IMG/VR virus record: IMGVR_UViG_3300025411_000647
Span: 1 to 52,534 of that record
Reading direction: 5' to 3' (one strand)
Source: a virus
Lineage: Duplodnaviria > Caudoviricetes
DNA: 52,534 nucleotides
Below, piece after piece: positions 40,013-46,819 of the stretch. The notes below the pieces were generated by a model. The model did not search any database. It was given only the letters and a program-made list of their open reading frames with translations, and was not told the DNA's origin. Position 1 is the stretch's first letter, and every line of letters starts with the position of its first letter. Both the position numbers and the translations under genes were made by a program.

Positions 40013-40601
40013 TATGTTCTCCAATTTCATCTAAGTAGCAATTAAATGCAATGCTAATCCTATCAGCACCGCTACGATTGGGCTGAACGCTGTGCATCAT
40101 CCAAGGTGAAAATATCAAACATGATCCCACTTCAGGATGTTCCCAATGCGTTCCGCTATTGTAATTATTATGTTGTACTACTGTTGAATTTGATATAGTA
40201 TAGTTATGCTCTCTTACTGGATGCAAGAATTCAATTGCACCAGATGCTGGTTCAGCTTTAACATAATATACACCTGTAAAAAAAGAATTAGGATGAGTAT
40301 GAGTTTTATTATAATCGCCTGGGCGATTTAAATTTATCCATGCTTGTCCTACTACAGGTTTAAACTTGTTAGAGAATCCCAAACTACTATATAATTCAAC
40401 AAGTTTAGTATCAACTTGATCTATCAATGGTTGCAATTCAATCCTATCTTGTATTAATTTACTTTGCCAACCACCTTCATTGCTTGAAAACACACCAGAG
40501 TCCGATTGACTCAAATCATAAGTGAGTTTTTCTAAAATGCTATTGTCGACATCTAAATTAGATTTAGAAAGCAAACTGATAAAAAGAATCTTTGTTTCCA
40601 T
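40002..40601 (-). CDS. 2OG-Fe(II) oxygenase (TIGR02466-like)
   Basis: SNEGGWQS, HTH, GVYY, H.V, RISIAFN. Confidence 0.9.
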   Translation of the reverse strand: METKILFISLLSKSNLDVDNSILEKLTYDLSQSDSGVFSSNEGGWQSKLIQDRIELQPLIDQVDTKLVELYSSLGFSNKFKPVVGQAWINLNRPGDYNKTHTHPNSFFTGVYYVKAEPASGAIEFLHPVREHNYTISNSTVVQHNNYNSGTHWEHPEVGSCLIFSPWMMHSVQPNRSGADRISIAFNCYLDEIGEHNGR

Positions 40602-40616
40602 TAAACACTCTACAAT

Positions 40617-40693
40617 TGGTCGGAGTACAAGGATTCGAACCTTGGACCTCCTGGTCCCAAACCAGGCGCACTACCAGGCTGTGCTACACTCCG
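40617..40693 (-). tRNA. tRNA-Pro(TGG)
   Basis: Cloverleaf, C1-G72, loop TT TGG GA, CCA. Confidence 0.92.
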
Positions 40694-40699
40694 ATATTC

Positions 40700-41308
40700 T
40701 TAGACAAAGTTTGGTCCGCATATCCATCCTACTAAACTACGTCTAACACCTTTAGTAACAGGTGCTACACTGTGAGGAATGAATGATGGGAATAAAACCA
40801 TGTCGCCTTTATTTAATTCTACTACAGCAGGATCTTTTAAATAATGAAATTTTAATTCGCCGCCTTCGTACTCACTTGGATCATTTAATAAAATACTAAA
40901 TGAAATTTTTCTATTAAATCCTGTAGGATCTCTTAATGTACTATCACAATGTACATCATAATTTCCTAAATCTTCGCTTCGATATACGCTATATTGTAAT
41001 GGTTCTAAGTAACTAACACTATATTTAAAATTTTGAAAATTAACAGTTAATGCTACATCAATAATCCTATCATATAATTCTTTAAATAATTGCATGTCGT
41101 CTAACCACATTATGTCAGTTATTCGAGATGTAATGTCAAGGTTGCGTTTTTCACCTTGTTCTCTGTTATTTTGAACAGCAGCTGATTGTAATTTTTCAGG
41201 ATTCAAATTGGCATAATTTTCTACACTAGAAATTAAATTATTGTCAATTGCCTTTACTACAGTATAAGTCCATGCTTGTGGACGATTAGGCGCTTCAAAC
41301 CAAAGCAT
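40700..41308 (-). CDS. 2OG-Fe(II) oxygenase (PKHD/prolyl-hydroxylase-like)
   Basis: HCD, RKIS, EYEGGEL, FPSF..H.V.PVT.G.R.SLV.W. Confidence 0.9.
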   Translation of the reverse strand: MLWFEAPNRPQAWTYTVVKAIDNNLISSVENYANLNPEKLQSAAVQNNREQGEKRNLDITSRITDIMWLDDMQLFKELYDRIIDVALTVNFQNFKYSVSYLEPLQYSVYRSEDLGNYDVHCDSTLRDPTGFNRKISFSILLNDPSEYEGGELKFHYLKDPAVVELNKGDMVLFPSFIPHSVAPVTKGVRRSLVGWICGPNFV

Positions 41309-41324
41309 ATAAACCTTTTATTAT

Positions 41325-41398
41325 TGGAGCGGAGTGAGAGAATCGAACTCTCGACCGAAGATTGGAAATCTGCTGTTTTACCATTAAACTAACCCCGC
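41325..41398 (-). tRNA. tRNA-Gly(TCC)
   Basis: GCG start, loop TT TCC AA, U73, CCA. Confidence 0.9.
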
Positions 41399-41403
41399 AT
41401 ATC

Positions 41404-41967
41404 TTACCATTCAGATGTGTCATAAACAAACCATCCTGTAATTATGTATTTTACTTCATTGTCACATGGCATGCCTTGATGCATGTGAGTCCAGTCGGCT
41501 GGCCAAATCAAAGTTAAACCTTTTTCAGGTTTTACTTGTAAATTTTGATACAAAAATTCAGTGCCGCCACCTTCTTCTATATCATTCAAATAAGTCATGT
41601 AAACTAAATGACGATTGATAATATGTTTAAAACCATTTTGTTCGCAATGCCATCCTTTATAGTATTTTCCAGCGTCATATCTTTGAACTTTAACATCTGG
41701 AAACAACATCCATTTTGCTAAATGCATATCTAATGTAGGAGCAAATTCTGTTTTATATTTGTTCAAAGCTGTTGCCAATTCACTAATATATCTAGATTTT
41801 ATATCAGACGAAAACTCTGCTAGTTCTGAATTCTTATATGTTTTTATGCCTGACTTGAATCTCTCTAAATTATTTTCAGATTCCGTATATATATCATCAC
41901 ATAGTTTAGTATCTATGTAATATCCTCTGATAAATGGATTTTGTGAATTTAATGTATGTTCGCGCAT
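41404..41967 (-). CDS. 2OG-Fe(II) oxygenase
   Basis: WHCE, YLND.EEGG.TEF, WPA.WTH.H.G, KYIITGW. Confidence 0.9.
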   Translation of the reverse strand: MREHTLNSQNPFIRGYYIDTKLCDDIYTESENNLERFKSGIKTYKNSELAEFSSDIKSRYISELATALNKYKTEFAPTLDMHLAKWMLFPDVKVQRYDAGKYYKGWHCEQNGFKHIINRHLVYMTYLNDIEEGGGTEFLYQNLQVKPEKGLTLIWPADWTHMHQGMPCDNEVKYIITGWFVYDTSEW

Positions 41968-41980
41968 AATTTAAAAATTA

Positions 41981-42182
41981 GTGTCTAGCTACTCCCACCA
42001 CAGGAGCCCTAGACCGAGCTGTTACTCTGTCCATATCATTTCTTCTTCTGGCTAGGTTGATAGTCCTAACCCACGATAGTTTTAAGTCATCCATATAGCG
42101 GATCTCTAAGGCCATTTCCGTGAGTGCCCGGAGGATATGGTAACCTCCTACCCACTTTATTCTCGGAAAAGTGTAACCGGGA
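41981..42182 (-). ncRNA. candidate structured ncRNA (~200 nt)
   Basis: Non-coding and GC-richer than its flanks; at least 5 hairpins plus long-range complementarities; directly 3' of tRNA-Thr. Confidence 0.55.
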
Positions 42183-42185
42183 TTT

Positions 42186-42261
42186 TGGTGCCCCTTGTCC
42201 GACTCGAACAGACCACCTACTGATTACAAATCAGTTGCTCTACCAGATGAGCTAAAGGGGC
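42186..42261 (-). tRNA. tRNA-Thr(TGT)
   Basis: Cloverleaf, loop TT TGT AA, CCA. Confidence 0.92.
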
Positions 42262-42266
42262 AAATT

Positions 42267-42488
42267 TTATTCTACGTTTACTGCACTAGTTTCACTAACT
42301 TGATAGTTACTGGTTCCACGAGGTGCTCGATCTTTCTTCTCAGGCTTAATAACGACTTCGCTACATAATTGAGCATCGATCATCATACGTTTAAATTGAT
42401 TACGCTGTTCTGCTGTAGATCCTTTCATTAATGCAAGCATACGTTTGTATGATTTTGCAAACTTAAATGTCTTACTTGGTTTTAACAT
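42267..42488 (-). CDS. small basic hypothetical protein
   Basis: 73 aa, AAGGA SD, fills an inter-tRNA gap. Confidence 0.65.
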   Translation of the reverse strand: MLKPSKTFKFAKSYKRMLALMKGSTAEQRNQFKRMMIDAQLCSEVVIKPEKKDRAPRGTSNYQVSETSAVNVE

Positions 42489-42508
42489 AACTTTCCTTTT
42501 ATATAACT

Positions 42509-42598
42509 TGGCGGAGCGACTGGGAGTCGAACCCAGTCAACGCTATTACACGTTGTACGGATTAGCAATCCGCTGCCTTACCGTTCGGCCACCGCTCC
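42509..42598 (-). tRNA. tRNA-Ser(GCT)
   Basis: Long variable arm, loop TT GCT AA, G73. Confidence 0.92.
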
Positions 42599-42626
42599 GT
42601 GCGGTATTTTACTTATACTAACTAAC

Positions 42627-42713
42627 TGGTGCGAATGGCCGGAATCGAACCGGCATGGACTTGCGCCCGACAGATTTTAAGTCTGTTGTGTCTACCTATT
42701 TCACCACACTCGC
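42627..42713 (-). tRNA. tRNA-Leu(TAA)
   Basis: Long variable arm, loop CT TAA AA, A73. Confidence 0.92.
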
Positions 42714-42723
42714 AATTTAATCT

Positions 42724-42797
42724 TGGCATCCCCCCAGGGATTTGAACCCCGACCAACAGTTTTGGAGACTGGTATGCTGCCATTACACTAGGGAGAC
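42724..42797 (-). tRNA. tRNA-Trp(CCA)
   Basis: Loop CT CCA AA, G73, CCA. Confidence 0.88.
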
Positions 42798-42803
42798 ATT
42801 GAT

Positions 42804-42917
42804 TGGTACTTGCTGTGGCGCTTGAATCCACGATAGCCCTTCTCTTCCTGGCCGGTCCTTGTACATGGTCGACATTGACAAGTATTTCGGTGTTCCAGTG
42901 TAGCTACTCAGCAAGTA
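42804..42917 (-). ncRNA. tRNA-like RNA: acceptor and T arm with a long irregular stem instead of D/anticodon arms
   Basis: TACTTGCT/AGCAAGTA-CCA; GTGG-ATTCAAGCG-CCAC; nested pairings TAGCT/GGCTA, CTGG/CCAG, CCG/CGG, CTTGT/ACAAG. Confidence 0.65.
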
Positions 42918-42922
42918 TAACT

Positions 42923-43012
42923 TGGCGGAAACGGTGAGATTTGAACTCACGGACGGTTGCCCGTCGACAGTTTTCAAGACTGTTGCAATAAACCGGACTC
43001 TGCCACATTTCC
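42923..43012 (-). tRNA. tRNA-Ser(TGA)
   Basis: Long variable arm, loop CT TGA AA, G73. Confidence 0.92.
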
Positions 43013-43088
43013 ATATAGAAACACACTAAGGGCAATGCCATCTTACGATCCCAGTATGTCGGGTGTTGCTTAATGTGTTTTTATATGG
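43011..43088 (-). repeat. long-stem spacer hairpin, copy 1
   Basis: CCATATAAAAACACATT...AGTGTGTTTCTATATGG; same arms at 46639-46717. Confidence 0.8.
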
Positions 43089-43168
43089 TGCCCCAAGCGA
43101 GACTCGAACTCGCACACCGAAGTACTGGCTTCTAAGACCAGCGTGTCTACCAATTCCACCATCGGGGC
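43086..43168 (-). tRNA. tRNA-Leu(TAG)
   Basis: Loop CT TAG AA, short UUCG-capped variable arm, A73. Confidence 0.9.
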
Positions 43169-43182
43169 ATTTGCTTTTGATT

Positions 43183-43247
43183 TTTTAAAGAACGTTACTA
43201 ATTACTTAGTATGTGACTATTATACTGTCTTTATACATTAGAGTCAA
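43183..43247 (-). promoter_or_regulatory. internal sigma70 promoter followed by a boxA-like element
   Basis: TTGACT-17-TATAAT (43247-43219), then CGTTCTTTAAAA (43194-43183) resembling rrn boxA. Confidence 0.7.
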
Positions 43248-43253
43248 CAACTT

Positions 43254-43883
43254 TTAAAATATTTTATTGCCTAAAGGATTATTTTCAAACCCAACTAAAC
43301 CTTTCCAAAATGTATTAAACGATATACTTCGTCTTGGTTTAGCATCATCCGGTAATTCACCTACAGAGTGACCTACGTTCGATAAAAACAGTACTAGATG
43401 ATATACCAAGTTTCCATGATCTGTACCAATCATATCTTCTAAACTTATTTTAGGTGTTAGACTTGGCAAATAGTAAGGTACATCTTGACAATATGATTGT
43501 AATGTAAATTTTAAATTAGCAGGATTATCGTCTAAAAATAGTACTCCACTCACTACACTGAACGGGTGTACATGCTCGTGATGTGATTCCGATGCTGTAG
43601 TTATATTAGACCATGAATTAGTAATTTCTAAACCTTCAAAATTCTTACCTACAAAAATTTTATGTGTATTTTGCAAGTAGTTTATGCATTCAGAAATTAA
43701 AAATTGTTTTGTATTTGTAAATTCTTCAGTATCAAGCAAATTTAAATTTTCACTAATACTATTATTAACATTGCGTATGTATGTTTGTTCGGATACATGC
43801 TTAGTAAGCGACTCAAAGTCGATAAAAGCTGAAATATCTTTAATTAATACAAAATTTTGAGCTGTATTTAAAATACTATTCAT
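43254..43883 (-). CDS. 2OG-Fe(II) oxygenase (TIGR02466-like)
   Basis: SW.N, HVHPFS.VSGV, HSV, R.SISFNT. Confidence 0.8.
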   Translation of the reverse strand: MNSILNTAQNFVLIKDISAFIDFESLTKHVSEQTYIRNVNNSISENLNLLDTEEFTNTKQFLISECINYLQNTHKIFVGKNFEGLEITNSWSNITTASESHHEHVHPFSVVSGVLFLDDNPANLKFTLQSYCQDVPYYLPSLTPKISLEDMIGTDHGNLVYHLVLFLSNVGHSVGELPDDAKPRRSISFNTFWKGLVGFENNPLGNKIF

Positions 43884-43921
43884 TAAGTTTCCTCTATTGA
43901 CTAGTACTTATTAAAATATAT

Positions 43922-43996
43922 TGGCCGGCCTTGCAGGAATCGAACCCACACCCTCTGTTTCGAAGACAGAGATGATATCCATTTCACCAAAGGCCG
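43922..43996 (-). tRNA. tRNA-Arg(TCG)
   Basis: Loop CT TCG AA, A20-type D loop (TGGATA), CCA. Confidence 0.88.
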
Positions 43997-44001
43997 ATAT
44001 A

Positions 44002-44076
44002 TGGTCCGGCTGCCAGGAATCGAACCTGGATCAATAGCTTAGAAGGCTACTGCACTATCCATTGTGCTACAGCCAG
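44002..44076 (-). tRNA. tRNA-Arg(TCT)
   Basis: Loop CT TCT AA, CCA. Confidence 0.9.
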
Positions 44077-44101
44077 TTAATGCTATTATACACTAAAAAC
44101 T

Positions 44102-44179
44102 TGGTACCCCCACTCTGATTCGAACAGAGAGAACTTCTCCTTTTGAGAGAGATGACTTTACCAATTTGTCCATGGGGGC
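44102..44179 (-). tRNA. tRNA-Leu(CAA) with short variable loop
   Basis: Loop CT CAA AA; only about 6 nt of variable region; A73. Confidence 0.8.
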
Positions 44180-44187
44180 GAAAAGAG

Positions 44188-44263
44188 TGGAGCGGGTGAT
44201 CGGAATCGAACCGACGACAATCACGTTGGCAACGTGGCGCTCTACCAGCTGAGCTACACCCGC
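44188..44263 (-). tRNA. tRNA-Gly(GCC)
   Basis: Canonical, loop TT GCC AA, U73. Confidence 0.93.
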
Positions 44264-44264
44264 G

Positions 44265-44876
44265 TTAAAAATCTGGTTTTTGAAAGTTAATATTAAAACT
44301 AATACTTATTCTTTCATGATCGGTGTAATTAGTACTTACATCATGATCTAGCCAACCGGGAAATAAAATAATTTTTCCTTCGTGTGGCTTATGCACAATA
44401 TCTACTTTTAGATGTTCTAAAAAGTAACTCATCCAAAATTGAGTGGTAGGATTTCTAAATCCGATTGAACCATCTACTCCGTTTGTTTTAAAATAATATA
44501 CTCCAGAAATATCACATCGACCATGATTGTGTAAATGAGCATATTCATTTTTACCTGTTTTAGTCATCCAACATTGCATAACTCTGTATGCTTGAAATCG
44601 TTCTGCTGGGGCATCGATACTTTGTAAGTATGCTGTTACATGATTGGATAATTCTTTTTCAAAAGTTTTTAAATTGTAATCTAACAACAAATTTTTAGTA
44701 AATGTAGTATCTGATATCTGATGTGTGCCAGGATGCCAATATTCTTTGTAAGCGAACAATTTTTTTGAATTCAAATCTTCTTCTACTATAGTAAATTCTT
44801 TTTGAATTTTATCAAAAATATTACCCTCTATCATGTCATGATATATTGGAACAGAAAAAAATCCTTGTGTTGGCAT
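44265..44876 (-). CDS. 2OG-Fe(II) oxygenase (TIGR02466-like)
   Basis: HNH, ISGVYY, LFPGWL.H.V, RISISFN. Confidence 0.9.
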   Translation of the reverse strand: MPTQGFFSVPIYHDMIEGNIFDKIQKEFTIVEEDLNSKKLFAYKEYWHPGTHQISDTTFTKNLLLDYNLKTFEKELSNHVTAYLQSIDAPAERFQAYRVMQCWMTKTGKNEYAHLHNHGRCDISGVYYFKTNGVDGSIGFRNPTTQFWMSYFLEHLKVDIVHKPHEGKIILFPGWLDHDVSTNYTDHERISISFNINFQKPDF

Positions 44877-44891
44877 GTTTATTTTAAAAAG

Positions 44892-45139
44892 TATTAGTAG
44901 AAAGCACTAAGAGTTTTGGTCCCGATTAAGGAAACTATGGCTACCCAGGATCTACAGTCCTGCTCTATTGGTCTAGCAAACATGGAGCAAATTTTAGTAC
45001 ATTAGGTATCTTATGCTGTAAACACTCAACCTCTCAGACTATCACATATAGTTTATAACTATGTTTTTCTCCGCAACTTTCCAGGTTGCAAATACTTGTT
45101 CTTACGAAATGTTTATATGCCTCGTGCTCTCTACTAATA
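44892..45139 (-). ncRNA. candidate structured ncRNA (~250 nt) closed by a 16-bp stem
   Basis: TATTAGTAGAGAGCAC...GTGCTTTCTACTAATA terminal pairing; internal hairpins; no ORF. Confidence 0.5.
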
Positions 45140-45219
45140 ACTTTACTTATAAAGTGCCAGATTGTTCACCGCACAATCTTGGCAAAAGCGGGGGTCTGTC
45201 TTGAAAAACTATATTTGAT

Positions 45220-45927
45220 TTACATCAGATCCTGATGTCTAAACATTTCTTCCAAAGATCCATATTTTTGGTATCCAAATTTTATAGTAAACGCTAACCT
45301 ATTTTTACTACCTTGATTAGAAACATTATGTATAGTGTCTGTCTTAATAAAAGTGATACGATCTATGTTGGTACTTGCAATATGTTTTAATTGTACATGC
45401 GGTCTTATATAAGATGCAAAAAAACTATAAGGATATATTTCTCTAGTGTAATTACGTATCTCCTCTTCGTCATCGCCTACATCATTATTGTTGTACCAAT
45501 AGTTAACTGTGGTTTCATAATTTAGAATAGGAACCATCATGGCAAACTGTATTGCGCTTGGCAATCTATCTAGGTCTTTTTGATCAATACTAAGACTTGC
45601 AAAATCGGGATGATTAATTATAGTTTGTTTAACTCTATTCATGTACTCATCATTTTTGTCTTCTCTCAATCCGTCTATATGCTTGAGAGTTTCTGTTTTG
45701 GGCGGTACACATATTAGTCCTATTTCTTCAATGCAACTCGTTACCCTTGAATCCAAAAAAGATTTCAATATGGGAAAATTTTCAATAGACACAATGAAGT
45801 ATCCGTCAGTAAGTATATCGTCTCTCAATAATTCGGGATATTTCAGCTTGACATAGTCAATAGCTTCATTTTGAATCTCTCTAAAATTTTCTACATTCAA
45901 TTTTTGATACAACATTTTATTGTCCAT
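45220..45927 (-). CDS. cupin/2OG hydroxylase-like protein
   Basis: HID...HNV.N...R; TATAAATA 5 nt upstream of the ATG. Confidence 0.65.
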   Translation of the reverse strand: MDNKMLYQKLNVENFREIQNEAIDYVKLKYPELLRDDILTDGYFIVSIENFPILKSFLDSRVTSCIEEIGLICVPPKTETLKHIDGLREDKNDEYMNRVKQTIINHPDFASLSIDQKDLDRLPSAIQFAMMVPILNYETTVNYWYNNNDVGDDEEEIRNYTREIYPYSFFASYIRPHVQLKHIASTNIDRITFIKTDTIHNVSNQGSKNRLAFTIKFGYQKYGSLEEMFRHQDLM

Positions 45928-45949
45928 AAATTTATTTATAAACAAAAAA

Positions 45950-46025
45950 TGGTGCAACCTCCAGGAATCGAACCTGGTTCAATGGTTCTTCAGACCACCG
46001 CTATGACCACATCAGCTAAAGTTGC
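45950..46025 (-). tRNA. tRNA-Phe(GAA)
   Basis: Loop CT GAA GA, CCA. Confidence 0.88.
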
Positions 46026-46026
46026 A

Positions 46027-46118
46027 TGGTACCAGCGGAGGGGATCGAACCCTCTCAAGAACGCTAATCTGGCGCTAAAAGTCTTATAAGGACTCTCTGA
46101 CTTCCAAGTCTCGCTGGC
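46027..46118 (-). tRNA. atypical tRNA with TAT anticodon (Ile-AUA reader?)
   Basis: Acceptor GCCAGCG/CGCTGGT, 1-nt connector, mini D arm GACT-TGGA-AGTC, loop CT TAT AA, long variable arm, canonical T arm. Confidence 0.75.
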
Positions 46119-46125
46119 ATTAAAT

Positions 46126-46201
46126 TGGGGTGTCTTACCGGTATCGATCCGGTACTACCGCTTTCACAGAGCAGGGTGCAGGCCACTACACTAAAGACAC
46201 C
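46126..46201 (-). tRNA. tRNA-His(GTG)
   Basis: G-1:C73, loop CT GTG AA; T loop is ATCGATA. Confidence 0.88.
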
Positions 46202-46212
46202 ATAAATACTTT

Positions 46213-46419
46213 ATGGACTACAATGACAAATATACTGAATTCTTAAATTTATACAAACTCAGCGAGCAACCATTTAGTCCCCGAAAATCTTATTCTGCTT
46301 GTAAAGAGTTTAAAAACTCATTCGAACGTATTGAAAAAGAATTTATTCCTACCGAACTTAAACAATGGCAGGCCCACTTGGGATCGAACCAAGAACGACG
46401 GAATCAAAATCCGTTGTGA
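46213..46419 (+). CDS. possible small protein antisense to the tRNA operon
   Basis: Fills the His-Gln gap; TAAATA 4 nt before the ATG; 3' end overlaps tRNA-Gln antisense. Confidence 0.4.
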   Translation: MDYNDKYTEFLNLYKLSEQPFSPRKSYSACKEFKNSFERIEKEFIPTELKQWQAHLGSNQERRNQNPL

Positions 46420-46439
46420 TACCATTTCACCATGAGCCA
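46366..46439 (-). tRNA. tRNA-Gln(TTG)
   Basis: Loop TT TTG AT, weak 1-72 pair, G73. Confidence 0.9.
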
Positions 46440-46445
46440 ACAATT

Positions 46446-46521
46446 TGGTGGTAATAGCTGGACTCGAACCAGCGATAGACTGCGTATGAAGCAGTTGCAT
46501 TAGCCACTATGCTATATTACC
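46446..46521 (-). tRNA. tRNA-CAT (elongator Met; Ile2 not excluded)
   Basis: G1-C72 paired, loop TT CAT AC. Confidence 0.8.
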
Positions 46522-46638
46522 AAATTCTAGCCGGTTACGTGTTTTTATCATCCGGCATATTAGGAACAGCCCAACCCTAATATCGTCTACAGAATAAATC
46601 ATGAGCCATAGCTGTCTATTCCAGCGTCAATGGTAATA
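46515..46638 (-). ncRNA. candidate four-way-junction RNA upstream of tRNA-CAT
   Basis: Three hairpins closed by TATTACCA/TGGTAATA. Confidence 0.45.
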
Positions 46639-46717
46639 CCATATAGAAACACACTTGATATAGTAAATTACTTTATCACGGATGAACCCGAATTTAGTCA
46701 AATGTGTTTTTATATGG
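46639..46717 (-). repeat. long-stem spacer hairpin, copy 2
   Basis: CCATATAAAAACACATT...AGTGTGTTTCTATATGG. Confidence 0.8.
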
Positions 46718-46790
46718 TAGGACGTATTGGATTCGAACCAATGACCAATAGATTAAAAGTCTACTGCTCTACCAACTGAGCTAACGTCCC
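46715..46790 (-). tRNA. tRNA-Lys(TTT)
   Basis: Canonical, loop CT TTT AA. Confidence 0.93.
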
Positions 46791-46819
46791 ATCATCTTGC
46801 CACTCTTGTCACTATTCAT
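46781..46819 (-). CDS. 12-aa mini-ORF MNSDKSGKMMGR ending inside tRNA-Lys
   Basis: AAGGAG SD 7 nt upstream; peptide resembles the rpoZ C-terminus DRSGKYLGR. Confidence 0.5.
   Translation of the reverse strand: MNSDKSGKMMGR

Noticed and set aside
42850-42866. GTACAAGGACCGG in the second tRNA-like RNA resembling the 3' half of the sarcin-ricin loop
   Set aside because: The match is partial, lacks the AGUA strand in the right register, and these bases are used in other predicted helices.
42622-42977. ORFs 42622..42831 and 42783..42977
   Set aside because: They run through tRNA-Leu, tRNA-Trp, tRNA-Ser and the tRNA-like RNA and are best explained as chance open frames in GC-richer RNA genes.
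41981-45139. RNase P RNA, SRP RNA or 6S identity for the structured non-coding regions
   Set aside because: I found no GAGGAAAGUCC/P4 motif, SRP domain IV motif or 6S-like central bubble by eye.
43011-46717. CRISPR array or MITE interpretation of the repeated 17-nt arms
   Set aside because: There are only two dispersed copies, arranged as inverted arms, with no regular spacers, cas genes, transposase or target-site duplication.
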